IMG/VR virus record: IMGVR_UViG_3300033149_003715 | Span: 80,174-144,173 of that record | DNA length: 64,000 nucleotides | Origin: a virus | Reading direction: 5' to 3' (one strand) | Part shown: positions 20,204 through 29,706 of the stretch, piece after piece | Layout: the number at the start of each line of letters is the position of its first letter | Numbering within the stretch: the stretch's first letter is position 1 | Program-made: the position numbers and the translations under genes | Notes under the pieces: model-generated | Seen by the model: only the letters and a program-made list of their open reading frames with translations | Told to the model about the DNA's origin: nothing | Database searches by the model: none

Positions 20204-20939
20204 TTTTCATTTCTGATACCGTCCATTGGTAGTGAACCAAATCCTTCAAAAAATCTCTTTCATATATAGGACTTTCTATATTATCTCGAATGGTGCCGAT
20301 TTTCCTCATCGGGGAAGTAGTAATTACTGGTATTCCAGCAATTAATGCATCAACTTGTGCGTTTGAATGATCGGTTACCAACGTCCATGCATTTGGTAAA
20401 ACATCTTGTAATTTTATACTGCCACACTTAGTACATATAATAATTTTTCTATCTGAATATTTTTTAATTTCTGCAATTGTATCTTTTAACCATTGATCAG
20501 GGTTTAATCCTAAAAATTTTGACATAGGAGCAATATTATTTTTATGTGGAAGAGTAGTTGGTGGTGCTATAATAATATGACTACCGTGTTTTTTCCAAGG
20601 TTGTAATGGTCTATTAAATTTTTCAAATTTCTCCCACGAATGATCTCTACGTATATTTTTTATATCATGTAGTATACTATTATATACTATACGGTAATAA
20701 CCGTTAAATAAAGCTGGCGATCCTTTTCCTAAATATCCATGATCTATATACAGAAAATCTTTAGCTTCTTTAAGATATTTAGCAGTACCATACATTACAC
20801 CTAATGTACAAATAAATTTACCAGCAGCACTTTTTGGATTTTTCTCTACTTTTGCTCCACAGCCCTGTGCAAAAGCATTACCAATAACTTCAGTTTTATG
20901 TTGATTAACTGTTATTACTATAGGCGTTTGATATTTCAT
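20163..20939 (-). CDS. capsule-polysaccharide-type GT-B protein
   Basis: IDHGY, LVTDHSNAQVDALIAGIPV, YQWT..EM..G.AW; paralog of 21157, 22146 and 24101. Confidence 0.7.
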   Translation of the reverse strand: MKYQTPIVITVNQHKTEVIGNAFAQGCGAKVEKNPKSAAGKFICTLGVMYGTAKYLKEAKDFLYIDHGYLGKGSPALFNGYYRIVYNSILHDIKNIRRDHSWEKFEKFNRPLQPWKKHGSHIIIAPPTTLPHKNNIAPMSKFLGLNPDQWLKDTIAEIKKYSDRKIIICTKCGSIKLQDVLPNAWTLVTDHSNAQVDALIAGIPVITTSPMRKIGTIRDNIESPIYERDFLKDLVHYQWTVSEMKSGQAWKEINEETE

Positions 20940-21156
20940 TACTAGATATCTTGTAAATCATTTGTGTATAATACATCCAAATCTTTTAGTCAAGATTTCC
21001 ATAAACCTATTGTTTAAGTAATACTCCTCCAAATTCTTGCAATGAACCACCATGTTTAGTTTTTATTTCCATATAGATATTACACGGATCCTGTTAAACA
21101 ATAAAACTTTTTACAATATTAATTTCCCACTTTGTCAATGCAAACTGCGATACTCA

Positions 21157-22065
21157 TCATCTATCATTTAGTAAGCAAGTTGTAAAATATTCCCAATAAT
21201 CTCCTTGTGATAATTCATATAGTGACCAATGTGAATACGCTATATCATTTAACCATTGCTGTCTATCCATAGAACGTGGACTATTAACAGTGTCTACAAT
21301 ACTTTTTTGTGACATTGGAAACGACAGGCAATTAGGGTTAAGAGTATATATTGAAACCCCTTCCATAACAGCCTGAAAAGCTAATTTAGAACTAACCGTT
21401 ATTAGACTTTGTGTTAAAGATAAGTCATCAATACTATCAGAAACTATAATATCATTAAATATATCTAAACTTAAATCTTCTCCCAAACGCCCCCATCTTG
21501 GTCTTCCAGGATGTAATTTAACTAAAATAGGTAGCTTTGTATGTGTTTGAATAATCTTGCAAGTACGGATAAACCATTTTTTCCAGGATTTCCTGTCTTT
21601 AATGTTATGACCAAGACCTTCTGGTCTAAATTGTTCTGGAATTAGAATATAATCACCGTTTTCATGCTGTGTTTTTAGTTTAATATTAAATTTACGTAAT
21701 CTATCGTTGGGTTGATTACGAATATAAAAATGCGTTTGATAGTCCCTATCTAGTAAATCAGCAAATATATAAATGGATTTGGGATCATTTTGTGGTGATG
21801 TTTTCTTTTCTCTATTAAAAAAATCTACAATACCAGATTCATCAAACAATGGAGATTTAATGGTTAAAAATAATCCGTTACATTGTTTTTGTGACTGAAT
21901 GATTTGTTGTGCTTTATTATTAAAGGTAAATGAAACTATTAAATCATATTTTTCCTTTACGTTGAAAAGTTTATACTTCTGATTATGTTTGTTTAATCCA
22001 TTACAAAAATGATAACAAAAATTGTCAAGTACTTTTGTGGGTTTTCTAAGTATACCTATTTTCAT
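21157..22065 (-). CDS. capsule-polysaccharide-type GT-B protein
   Basis: VKLHP, ITVSS...AVMEGV, AYSHWS..EL..G. Confidence 0.65.
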   Translation of the reverse strand: MKIGILRKPTKVLDNFCYHFCNGLNKHNQKYKLFNVKEKYDLIVSFTFNNKAQQIIQSQKQCNGLFLTIKSPLFDESGIVDFFNREKKTSPQNDPKSIYIFADLLDRDYQTHFYIRNQPNDRLRKFNIKLKTQHENGDYILIPEQFRPEGLGHNIKDRKSWKKWFIRTCKIIQTHTKLPILVKLHPGRPRWGRLGEDLSLDIFNDIIVSDSIDDLSLTQSLITVSSKLAFQAVMEGVSIYTLNPNCLSFPMSQKSIVDTVNSPRSMDRQQWLNDIAYSHWSLYELSQGDYWEYFTTCLLNDR

Positions 22066-22145
22066 ATTGAACCTCCAAATTAAGCAATTTCTAAGTTTAA
22101 GAGTTTTTAAGTTTTACGATACTAGCAAAAAATTTTTTGTCAAAA

Positions 22146-23021
22146 TTACATATCACTTATGCCTTTTCTTAGATGGTCCCATGTTTCACCAGATTTCAAT
22201 TCTTCTAAATTCCATTGTGTGTATGCCAAGTTATATACCCATTGTTGTCGAAATTCAATTGGAGGTGGTTGTACATCATCAATATGTTCTAAGTCTTTAG
22301 TGCAAATATCCCATACCATTGATCCTTCATCGTAGGCGTATACTGGTATATTATGTAACAATGAGTCTACGCCAGTATTAGAATTAAAAGTAACTGTACA
22401 CCACGTATTAGATAAATCAGCCACCAAGTCTTTATTTTGTGATGTTGGCACTCCTTTTATTTTTTTAAATATATTTTTACCACTAGGATGTGGTCTGAAT
22501 ATAATTTTACGTTTTGTGTATTTTTGTAGTTTTTTGACTGTGTTATGACACCACTTTATAAAATCAATATGTTGTACAGATGAATCCCAAGGAATTTGTC
22601 CGCATAACAAAATATTATCACCGCGTTTTGCCGACCAATCTTCTAATGCTATACCAAGTTTATTCCATCTATCCGGAGGACTATTATCATTTAGAAAATT
22701 TGCACGATTGTTTAGTCCCCCCCAGCCAACCATGTAATATCTATCTCTATGTAAAAATCCTCGTTCAACAACAATGTTTGATTTGCCATCGAAGGGTTTT
22801 TGTAAATGCTTATAATGTTGTGTAATTAATCTTTCAGTTAGTTTACCTCTAAAAGACACTTTTTTAAGAATACCAAAAGTAACTAATATGTCACATGGTT
22901 GATAGCGACTATGTATATTGTGGCATTGTACTTTAACATTATATTTAGAAATACCTTTAGCAAATCCATAAATAATTGGTTTGTGATATTTATTATTTAT
23001 AGTATACAATCTAACTAACAT
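22146..23021 (-). CDS. capsule-polysaccharide-type GT-B protein
   Basis: CGQIPWDSSV, FRPHP, VTFNSNTGVDS, LAYTQW..EEL. Confidence 0.75.
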   Translation of the reverse strand: MLVRLYTINNKYHKPIIYGFAKGISKYNVKVQCHNIHSRYQPCDILVTFGILKKVSFRGKLTERLITQHYKHLQKPFDGKSNIVVERGFLHRDRYYMVGWGGLNNRANFLNDNSPPDRWNKLGIALEDWSAKRGDNILLCGQIPWDSSVQHIDFIKWCHNTVKKLQKYTKRKIIFRPHPSGKNIFKKIKGVPTSQNKDLVADLSNTWCTVTFNSNTGVDSLLHNIPVYAYDEGSMVWDICTKDLEHIDDVQPPPIEFRQQWVYNLAYTQWNLEELKSGETWDHLRKGISDM

Positions 23022-23873
23022 CTACTTAGAATTTAGTTTTATTAATCCCATTCTTCTATGGCAACCCTTAAAATGACTAACATAATCCTTAAAGGGTCCA
23101 TGAATAATAACGTGTGCTCCATATTGTTCTATATGTGGTCTTACCAAATCTAACCCATTAATTTGATATTGTTCTAAAATCTTTCTTACAACATATCCAT
23201 CATCCCATCGTCGATGTTGTCGAAAATGACCGCTTTTATATTCATTGATGAGTAAATCTATAACACGAAATTGATTATTAGTTTTACGAAAGATAGTAAA
23301 TCCCATTTCTACACCAGTATCTCTTCTACGACGATTTTCACCCATATGATAACAAAATTCAAAATTACCACAAATATTGTTTAGTAATTCCAGGGTAATA
23401 TTTTGCATGAATACAATATCACAATCACACAAAATTACTGTATCAAATTTATCCAATCCTGCAACAATAGTGCGTTTTTCTGTAAATGCATGTAGTGTGG
23501 CAATTTTTCTAAACCATCGTGCTGTTTGTCTATTGAAATTATTACACCAATTTGGTCTATTTTTTTTGTCATAATCTATACATATTCCCCCATATTCTGG
23601 AGGAATAATATCACGATTTTGTGTAATCCAATCTTTCATAAATTGATTTTGCGATAAATCATGCAAATAACAAAAACCTCTAAAATCACGTAGTGCATTA
23701 GTAACTTTATTATATAAATCTCCTTCCATACCAATAGATAGATCACCTTCTGTTTTAGATTTAGCAAAAGATTGCAACATATTTTTTCCAGTTGCATTAA
23801 ATAATTTCTGGTTAAAAGTAGTAATGTATAATACATTTTTTATGGGTTCCAACTGGTTTATTATCTTTTCCAT
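23022..23873 (-). CDS. GT-A-like glycosyltransferase (paralog of 18669..19562)
   Basis: YITTFN, WFRKIA, DCD, VEMGF, RRWDD, HFKG. Confidence 0.7.
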   Translation of the reverse strand: MEKIINQLEPIKNVLYITTFNQKLFNATGKNMLQSFAKSKTEGDLSIGMEGDLYNKVTNALRDFRGFCYLHDLSQNQFMKDWITQNRDIIPPEYGGICIDYDKKNRPNWCNNFNRQTARWFRKIATLHAFTEKRTIVAGLDKFDTVILCDCDIVFMQNITLELLNNICGNFEFCYHMGENRRRRDTGVEMGFTIFRKTNNQFRVIDLLINEYKSGHFRQHRRWDDGYVVRKILEQYQINGLDLVRPHIEQYGAHVIIHGPFKDYVSHFKGCHRRMGLIKLNSK

Positions 23874-23928
23874 AGTCTTAAATTTACCATTTCTGTAATC
23901 TGTTAAGGGTTGTTCAACAATTTATGGA

Positions 23929-24114
23929 TCAAGAAGCATAGTATTCTTTTAATTGTTCCAAAGTACTAACTAATTTTTTTTTGTATTTATGTGTACGATT
24001 ACTTCTACAATAGTTACAAGAACCATGATTTCTACAAGTTCTATCAAATCGTTTCGATTTACGGTATTGTTGGCGTTTTTCTTTGCCGTATAAAATCGCC
24101 TTATTTAAACTCAT
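23929..24114 (-). CDS. small basic Cys-containing phage protein
   Basis: SKRFDRTCRNHGSCNYC. Confidence 0.65.
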   Translation of the reverse strand: MSLNKAILYGKEKRQQYRKSKRFDRTCRNHGSCNYCRSNRTHKYKKKLVSTLEQLKEYYAS

Positions 24115-25045
24115 AGTTTTTCTCGATGTACTTCTTTAGGTGTTCCCATGGTAATCCTTTGGCCATTTCTTTAATTGACCACTGTGCATATGCTAAATCA
24201 TATAAAAACTGCGTGCGGTCGTGAAATCGCGGACTATTTACGTGTGATAATTCTGTTTCTGCTATATTATACACAATATTCATTGGATCATTACAAATAA
24301 CTTGAACACCTGCTAAAATAGAATCAACAGAAGCATTTGTAGTTTTTGCTATAGTTACATATGACTTTTGTAAGTCATCGTAAATATTAGATGGAAAATG
24401 GAGATTAGAAAAAAAGAGTTCCCCGTGGTAGAGAAATTTATTGGGGAACTTTTTTTGATTTGGATGACAACGATAAAGAATTGGCCGGTCTGTATGCTTA
24501 TTTAGCTTTACAAGAAGTTGTTCAAACCAACCTATGGTATCTATGTTTTGAGTTGAGATACCTTTTTCGTGTTGTCCCAAGATAAGAATATAACTACGAG
24601 TTTTAGAAAAATGTTGCCAAGGGTCTAGTTTAAGTAAGACATTTGGTACATCTGAATTCTTAAGTAATGTTTCCCATCTATCTGGCGGACTATTTAAGTT
24701 GTTGTATATTGCATTTCCTTTAATACCCCCGATACCAACAGCCATGTATCGGTCAAGTGATTGTGAATTCCTATTATTTAATAAGCTAAAAAATCCCGTA
24801 TCAATAATAATTCTTGGTTTGTTGTAATGCTGACAATGTTCCTTAATAACATATCTTAAATCTTTACCTAGATAATGTGTATAATCACATACTTGAACTG
24901 TTACATCACAATGTTGTAGTAAGTGTGTGTTATATTCATATATAGAAATCGGTGTATCACCTTGACTTAATACACCATTACTAAATGCGTTGCATGCTCC
25001 TATACCTACTTTATCTTTTTTAGTATAACAAATGCCTACTTTCAT
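24101..25045 (-). CDS. capsule-polysaccharide-type GT-B protein
   Basis: IDTGF, PPDRW, YRCHP, NASVDSILAGV, LAYAQW..KEM. Confidence 0.7.
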   Translation of the reverse strand: MKVGICYTKKDKVGIGACNAFSNGVLSQGDTPISIYEYNTHLLQHCDVTVQVCDYTHYLGKDLRYVIKEHCQHYNKPRIIIDTGFFSLLNNRNSQSLDRYMAVGIGGIKGNAIYNNLNSPPDRWETLLKNSDVPNVLLKLDPWQHFSKTRSYILILGQHEKGISTQNIDTIGWFEQLLVKLNKHTDRPILYRCHPNQKKFPNKFLYHGELFFSNLHFPSNIYDDLQKSYVTIAKTTNASVDSILAGVQVICNDPMNIVYNIAETELSHVNSPRFHDRTQFLYDLAYAQWSIKEMAKGLPWEHLKKYIEKNYEFK

Positions 25046-25058
25046 TATTAGATTCCTT

Positions 25059-25193
25059 TTAATTTGTTAAATGATGCTCGATAATACTTAATTGTCCACA
25101 CGCAGCACCATTATCAATTTCTGCTTGTGTAGCTAATGCAACAGCGTATTCGTAACCACTTTCTTCTAGACTTTGCACAATAGTTTCCATCAT
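25059..25193 (-). CDS. 44-aa peptide carrying the RlmN/Cfr C-terminal catalytic motif AACGQL
   Basis: MMETIVQSLEESGYEYAVALATQAEIDNGAACGQLSIIEHHLTN*, preceded by AAGGAG; below the ORF-track size cutoff. Confidence 0.8.
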   Translation of the reverse strand: MMETIVQSLEESGYEYAVALATQAEIDNGAACGQLSIIEHHLTN

Positions 25194-25205
25194 AATCTCC
25201 TTAAT

Positions 25206-26015
25206 TTAAACTAGGTTCATACCTGTAATAATACCATTTCCAAGGGCATGTTTCTCAGAAATTTCATTTTTATTAATTGGGGATAACTTAACAAAAAAAT
25301 GTTCAGGAGGAAAAAACTTCTTTAATTGTGTGATATCAAAATCGTCTTCACTCACTAAAGTTAAATTTAATGTTGTTTTCAGCCTTGAATTAGTACGAAT
25401 CTGACCTAACTCTTCAATCGGTATTTTGTTTTTATATGGAATTAATTCATTACGATATTTATCTACTAACGAATGTAATGAAACCTGTAGTGTAATGTTA
25501 TTTTTAATCCAGCTAAAATCAGATCCACAAATACCTATAGTTGATACGTAATGATGTGTATTAGGATATTTCGCGGATATTTTTTGTATAGCTTCTTTTA
25601 CCGCATTAATATTCAAAAACGGTTCACCCATTCTAGTATAGTTAATCTTAAATTCTTGACTATCTTGTGGGTGATGTTGTGAGTTTCGATTTAAAACAAG
25701 TTCTATCTGTGCTACAATTTCATCCACCGATAAATTTCTCCACTTTTTTAACTTTCCAGTAGCACAAAATTTACATCTGACCGGACAACCACTCATAACA
25801 GATACTCCGATCATCCATCTTTCAGATCTATCACCTAATTTTGTATTGGATAATTTGTTTTGCTTTCTTCCTATAGCATTTTTAGTATAAAAGGGTAAAA
25901 ATGAGTCTGTAGTTTCTATTGGATATCCGTCTGGCGTTTGTAATGCATACACAACACCATTAGCAAACCGTTTATACTTACTGATTTTTAACATATGCTT
26001 TCTCAAATTCTTCAC
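25206..26015 (-). CDS. RlmN/Cfr-like radical SAM enzyme lacking its C-terminal Cys motif
   Basis: IGVSVMSGCPVRCKFCATG, RNLSVDEIVAQ, RMGEPFLN, VSTIG, LQVSLHS, RNELIP. Confidence 0.88.
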   Translation of the reverse strand: MKNLRKHMLKISKYKRFANGVVYALQTPDGYPIETTDSFLPFYTKNAIGRKQNKLSNTKLGDRSERWMIGVSVMSGCPVRCKFCATGKLKKWRNLSVDEIVAQIELVLNRNSQHHPQDSQEFKINYTRMGEPFLNINAVKEAIQKISAKYPNTHHYVSTIGICGSDFSWIKNNITLQVSLHSLVDKYRNELIPYKNKIPIEELGQIRTNSRLKTTLNLTLVSEDDFDITQLKKFFPPEHFFVKLSPINKNEISEKHALGNGIITGMNLV

Positions 26016-26548
26016 TCAAAAAATACCCACCTGTTATCATCATCAATTTTGGGCGACTCATCTATATGAGCAATATAATTTTTTAATTCTTTCCAGGTAG
26101 AAAAAATATACTGATGAGGAATGGTTCCAAACAACCAGTTAGGAGTATTTTGTTTACTTTGTTTTATCATAACTAGACACGGTTTTTTAAGTCGATTACA
26201 CCAAAACAATTCTTCCCAAGTACCACACATTACAATATCTAAATCAAGATATGTAATGGTAAAGCTTGCAAGATCCACGCACCTTAAATCAAAATGACGA
26301 ATTTGCTTAATAATTTTAGTCAACTTGTCATATTCTTCATTCTCCCTCCATTTTTTCATTTGTGGTAGAAGTTGTATTTCGTCATTGACACAATTATTTT
26401 TAGGTTTATTGGTGGGATCAAGAACTATAATTTTTCTATCTACCAAAAATTTGGTAATATTTCTTCTCCAACCTGTACCCTGATCTACCGCATAATCAAT
26501 CGGACCAATTAAGTAACACACATTATTTGCTAAACGGTTTAGTTTCAT
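26012..26548 (-). CDS. nucleoside 2-deoxyribosyltransferase-like protein
   Basis: YLIGPID, WR, LDP, DLRCVD, GTWEE, KKP; start taken at MKLNR. Confidence 0.75.
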   Translation of the reverse strand: MKLNRLANNVCYLIGPIDYAVDQGTGWRRNITKFLVDRKIIVLDPTNKPKNNCVNDEIQLLPQMKKWRENEEYDKLTKIIKQIRHFDLRCVDLASFTITYLDLDIVMCGTWEELFWCNRLKKPCLVMIKQSKQNTPNWLFGTIPHQYIFSTWKELKNYIAHIDESPKIDDDNRWVFFE

Positions 26549-26635
26549 TTGTACTTTACACAATGTGCCATATGAAGATAAAGAAGCCAAATTTTATGTA
26601 TTCGTCCCATCAATATTTAGGTTAACAATAAAATG

Positions 26636-26877
26636 AATGGCCAATAAGTAAAATTATCAAATATTGTTAAGTTTCTCAAACATACCTTTTTCTTACTGGT
26701 TAGTCTAACCTTAATTTTTCATCTTCCCTACAAAAGTTTATAAAGGGGGGAAAGTTATATGATGGTAGATGATTTCACGATTGCCGACAATCTTTTGGTA
26801 GTTTTGCGTTTTAGTTCTCTTCAATAAAGAATACGTCCCTAATATGACGACACGACCAAAATTGGAAACGATTCAAT
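26636..26877. repeat. dispersed non-coding element, copy 1
   Basis: Collinear similarity to 34582-34798, including GGTTAG-T-CTAAC palindrome. Confidence 0.75.
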
Positions 26878-26903
26878 TTCGCTTGTGTCTGTATAACTAT
26901 TGT

Positions 26904-26932
26904 AGTATACCTTACGGAGGTAGAAAAGTCAA
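26904..26932 (-). promoter_or_regulatory. sigma70-type promoter
   Basis: TTGACT-17 nt-TATACT in an intergenic region. Confidence 0.75.
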
Positions 26933-27047
26933 GTTTTTATGTGATAATTTTATTCCCACAGTGGGAAATTTATCGCCAACAACCATAATGGTTGATTTTG
27001 TTTTACAATGATACAATATGAGGCACAATATACCGTAATTATATTAA

Positions 27048-27950
27048 TCATTTTATATTGTACATTCTTCCCTTACTTGTCTTTAGAACATACCCCTTGT
27101 TAACCAAAAATGGCTCAATAATATTTTCTATTGTGTAACGGTCAATTTTTGTCATTTCCATTAATGGTTTTAATCCAACAGGACGCTTTATTTTCAGTAG
27201 ACATGAAAGATATAATTTATCATTAGTAGTTAATCCGTTCTTATCTACCCCTTTTAGTTTAAGAGCAAATTGAACAGTTTTTTCATCAACTAATCGTACA
27301 GATTGGCTAACTATATAATCTCTAATCCAAATTAAATATGTATTCAAAATACGTGGCGTACCACGTGCAATTTTTGCTATATGTTTAATGCAATTGTGTG
27401 GCATATTAATATTAAGCTTTGATAAATGCAATTGTGCCAATGTAGTCAACTCATCCACCGAATACAATTGTAAATGTTCTTGTATGGGAAATCTGTCAAT
27501 CAATGGTAAATTTAAACTACCAATCTGAGTAGAACATGCTATGCAAGTAAATTTTGGCAAATCTATAACAATTGCTTCTTTGTCTATTTTATTAGCAACT
27601 AAATTAAGTTTAAAATCTTCCAATACTGTTAATAGTAAATCTTGACACCGCCTATTAAGGCAATGTATTTCGTCTGCAATCAAAATGTCTTGATATTGTA
27701 ATCTAACTAAATATGGTAATAATTGTTTAGGATTGGTAACATTTGCACAGTTAACAACTATAGGAGTTTTGTTAAACTCACGACTAATTGCTAACGCTAT
27801 AGTTGTTTTACCTAAACCTGGTCCACGGGACCCTAATAATATATGAGGCAGTATATCTTGCCTTTTTTGAGAAGATTTAATGTGGATTTTCAATCTAGTA
27901 AGTACATTTGATTGCCCTATGATATCAGACAATGATGTTGGTCTTAACAT
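27048..27950 (-). CDS. ruvB: Holliday junction branch-migration ATPase RuvB
   Basis: LRP..L.DIIGQ, GPGLGKTT, DEIH, PKFT, PLIDRF, ARGTPR, IEPFL...KT.KGR. Confidence 0.93.
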   Translation of the reverse strand: MLRPTSLSDIIGQSNVLTRLKIHIKSSQKRQDILPHILLGSRGPGLGKTTIALAISREFNKTPIVVNCANVTNPKQLLPYLVRLQYQDILIADEIHCLNRRCQDLLLTVLEDFKLNLVANKIDKEAIVIDLPKFTCIACSTQIGSLNLPLIDRFPIQEHLQLYSVDELTTLAQLHLSKLNINMPHNCIKHIAKIARGTPRILNTYLIWIRDYIVSQSVRLVDEKTVQFALKLKGVDKNGLTTNDKLYLSCLLKIKRPVGLKPLMEMTKIDRYTIENIIEPFLVNKGYVLKTSKGRMYNIK

Positions 27951-27957
27951 AAACTTA

Positions 27958-28326
27958 TTACATTTGGCTTAAAATTTTTTTGACTAAATCTTGTACTTTC
28001 CACTCTTTTTTATTATTTGCTAAAATATGCATAACTTTTTGTTTAACTAACTTAACTGAAAAACCCTGAGCACTAAGAATATCTACCACTTGTTGTATTA
28101 ATTTCTTATATTGTGACCGATTATCACTAATACAATGTTTGTTTCCGTTACCAGTTGTAAAGTTAACTTCTATATTTTGCAATGGTGTAGTAGATAAAAT
28201 CTGTCCACAGTAACATTCTACGTTATTACACATCTGCGATTCTTTCATAGAAAACCAATGTGTGGACTTGCAGTATGGACAATTATATCCAAAGTGTAAG
28301 TCAATATCGGCAGGTTTTATTTTCAT
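27958..28326 (-). CDS. Zn-ribbon plus RuvA C-terminal-like domain protein
   Basis: CPYC...CYC; C-terminal VVDILSAQGFS...VQDLVKKIL resembles RuvA domain III; adjacent to ruvB. Confidence 0.55.
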   Translation of the reverse strand: MKIKPADIDLHFGYNCPYCKSTHWFSMKESQMCNNVECYCGQILSTTPLQNIEVNFTTGNGNKHCISDNRSQYKKLIQQVVDILSAQGFSVKLVKQKVMHILANNKKEWKVQDLVKKILSQM

Positions 28327-28592
28327 ATATTATTTTCGTCATGATCAAAATCGAGAAATGTATCTTCGCCAATGACACAGTATACTCTATCTTTTGGTAT
28401 AGAATATTGTGGAAGATCACCTTTAATATACTTGTTAAGATCTGGACCACGAAAACCACGTTCATCCACAAAGAAAAAATGATCTATTATTTCACCATTT
28501 GCCATATTTAATGCTTTTTGTGCCGCTTCTACTGGAGCAGAAGCTATTACAATTTTATGTAATTGACCTGATTTAACATAATACTTAGACAT
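28323..28592 (-). CDS. hypothetical protein (paralog of 29264..29512)
   Basis: Shared KYY..GQ...A..KAL...GF pattern. Confidence 0.65.
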   Translation of the reverse strand: MSKYYVKSGQLHKIVIASAPVEAAQKALNMANGEIIDHFFFVDERGFRGPDLNKYIKGDLPQYSIPKDRVYCVIGEDTFLDFDHDENNI

Positions 28593-28677
28593 AATTATTT
28601 TTTTTGCTTCCAGTTATAAAACTAATTTTCATATTTTTCAATAGCATAGTAAATAAAGATCTAACAGATCATATCGT

Positions 28678-29190
28678 TTAACCATTGTTTTGCGTGTTAT
28701 AAAGTCGGTGTCGTCGTTGAAAAAGAAAACGCACTATTAGTATATGGTTTACAACCTGAAAGCCTGAGTAACTTATTAAGAAACCAAGAATTCCAAAAGA
28801 TATGTCAAGAAAGTATTTTGACCATAAGTCTGGTTTTGCAAACGCCCACAATACTAATATATAACCAATCAATGTTAAAAGAGTGAAAGCCGTCCATACA
28901 AGCCAATCAACAATTTTCTCAGCGACTAGTTTTATTTTTGAATCGTTTGACCAAGAACAAGCCGCCCAAGCTTGAAATAAAAGCATTATTAGCATAAAAC
29001 CAAGCATGATATTTGTTGCAACAAACAAATCTCCAAAATGTGAGCGGATATGGAAAATAGCTTCTGCGTCGTAATGACACCATATTCCAACACTAATTCC
29101 AATTACTAGAGCCGTCCAAAATTCACCATCTTTCCAAAGGAAAGGATTTTTTAGTATCTTTGGAATAAATTCGCCTATTTCGTAATACAT
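28678..29190 (-). CDS. multi-pass membrane protein
   Basis: About four hydrophobic segments. Confidence 0.7.
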   Translation of the reverse strand: MYYEIGEFIPKILKNPFLWKDGEFWTALVIGISVGIWCHYDAEAIFHIRSHFGDLFVATNIMLGFMLIMLLFQAWAACSWSNDSKIKLVAEKIVDWLVWTAFTLLTLIGYILVLWAFAKPDLWSKYFLDISFGILGFLISYSGFQVVNHILIVRFLFQRRHRLYNTQNNG

Positions 29191-29263
29191 TGTAACAAAT
29201 TTCTACCTATTTTTGGTTTTTTGACTGTTAGAAATGGAAACTATTACAGTTTTATGTAATTGG

Positions 29264-29512
29264 CTAGGCATAATTAATTTCTTCGCAAATTGGTGATTGT
29301 CTTGCTAGATTTAAAATTTGTATAATGTGCAATAAATGAATGTATTGATCGTCATTATGTTTGTCAAATCCATATCTGGATATTCTAAATATAAGCGGTA
29401 TGTTATCTTGATAACTATTTAAATATTGTTTCAACGCTTTAATACATGCATGATATATATTGCCAGCCATATATAGATATTTTTTTTGTCCATACGTAAT
29501 ATAATATTTCAT
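29264..29512 (-). CDS. hypothetical protein (paralog of 28323..28592)
   Basis: KYYITYGQ...ACIKAL...GFD. Confidence 0.6.
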   Translation of the reverse strand: MKYYITYGQKKYLYMAGNIYHACIKALKQYLNSYQDNIPLIFRISRYGFDKHNDDQYIHLLHIIQILNLARQSPICEEINYA

Positions 29513-29514
29513 TA

Positions 29515-29697
29515 TTACCCTTTCGTATTTTGATTATCCTTTAATTTTTCGTTATGTTGATTCTGAATAGATCGTCGAATTTGTATCAATTCATTTTTTA
29601 TTTCTTCCTTATGCATTTTCAATGATACATTTAATCCAATATTAGTGCCAAATACTGCACCTAAGATTAACCAAGGTAATATACTATTATCTTTCAT
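29515..29697 (-). CDS. small membrane-anchored protein
   Basis: N-terminal hydrophobic helix plus coiled tail. Confidence 0.55.
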   Translation of the reverse strand: MKDNSILPWLILGAVFGTNIGLNVSLKMHKEEIKNELIQIRRSIQNQHNEKLKDNQNTKG

Positions 29698-29706
29698 GCG
29701 TATTTC

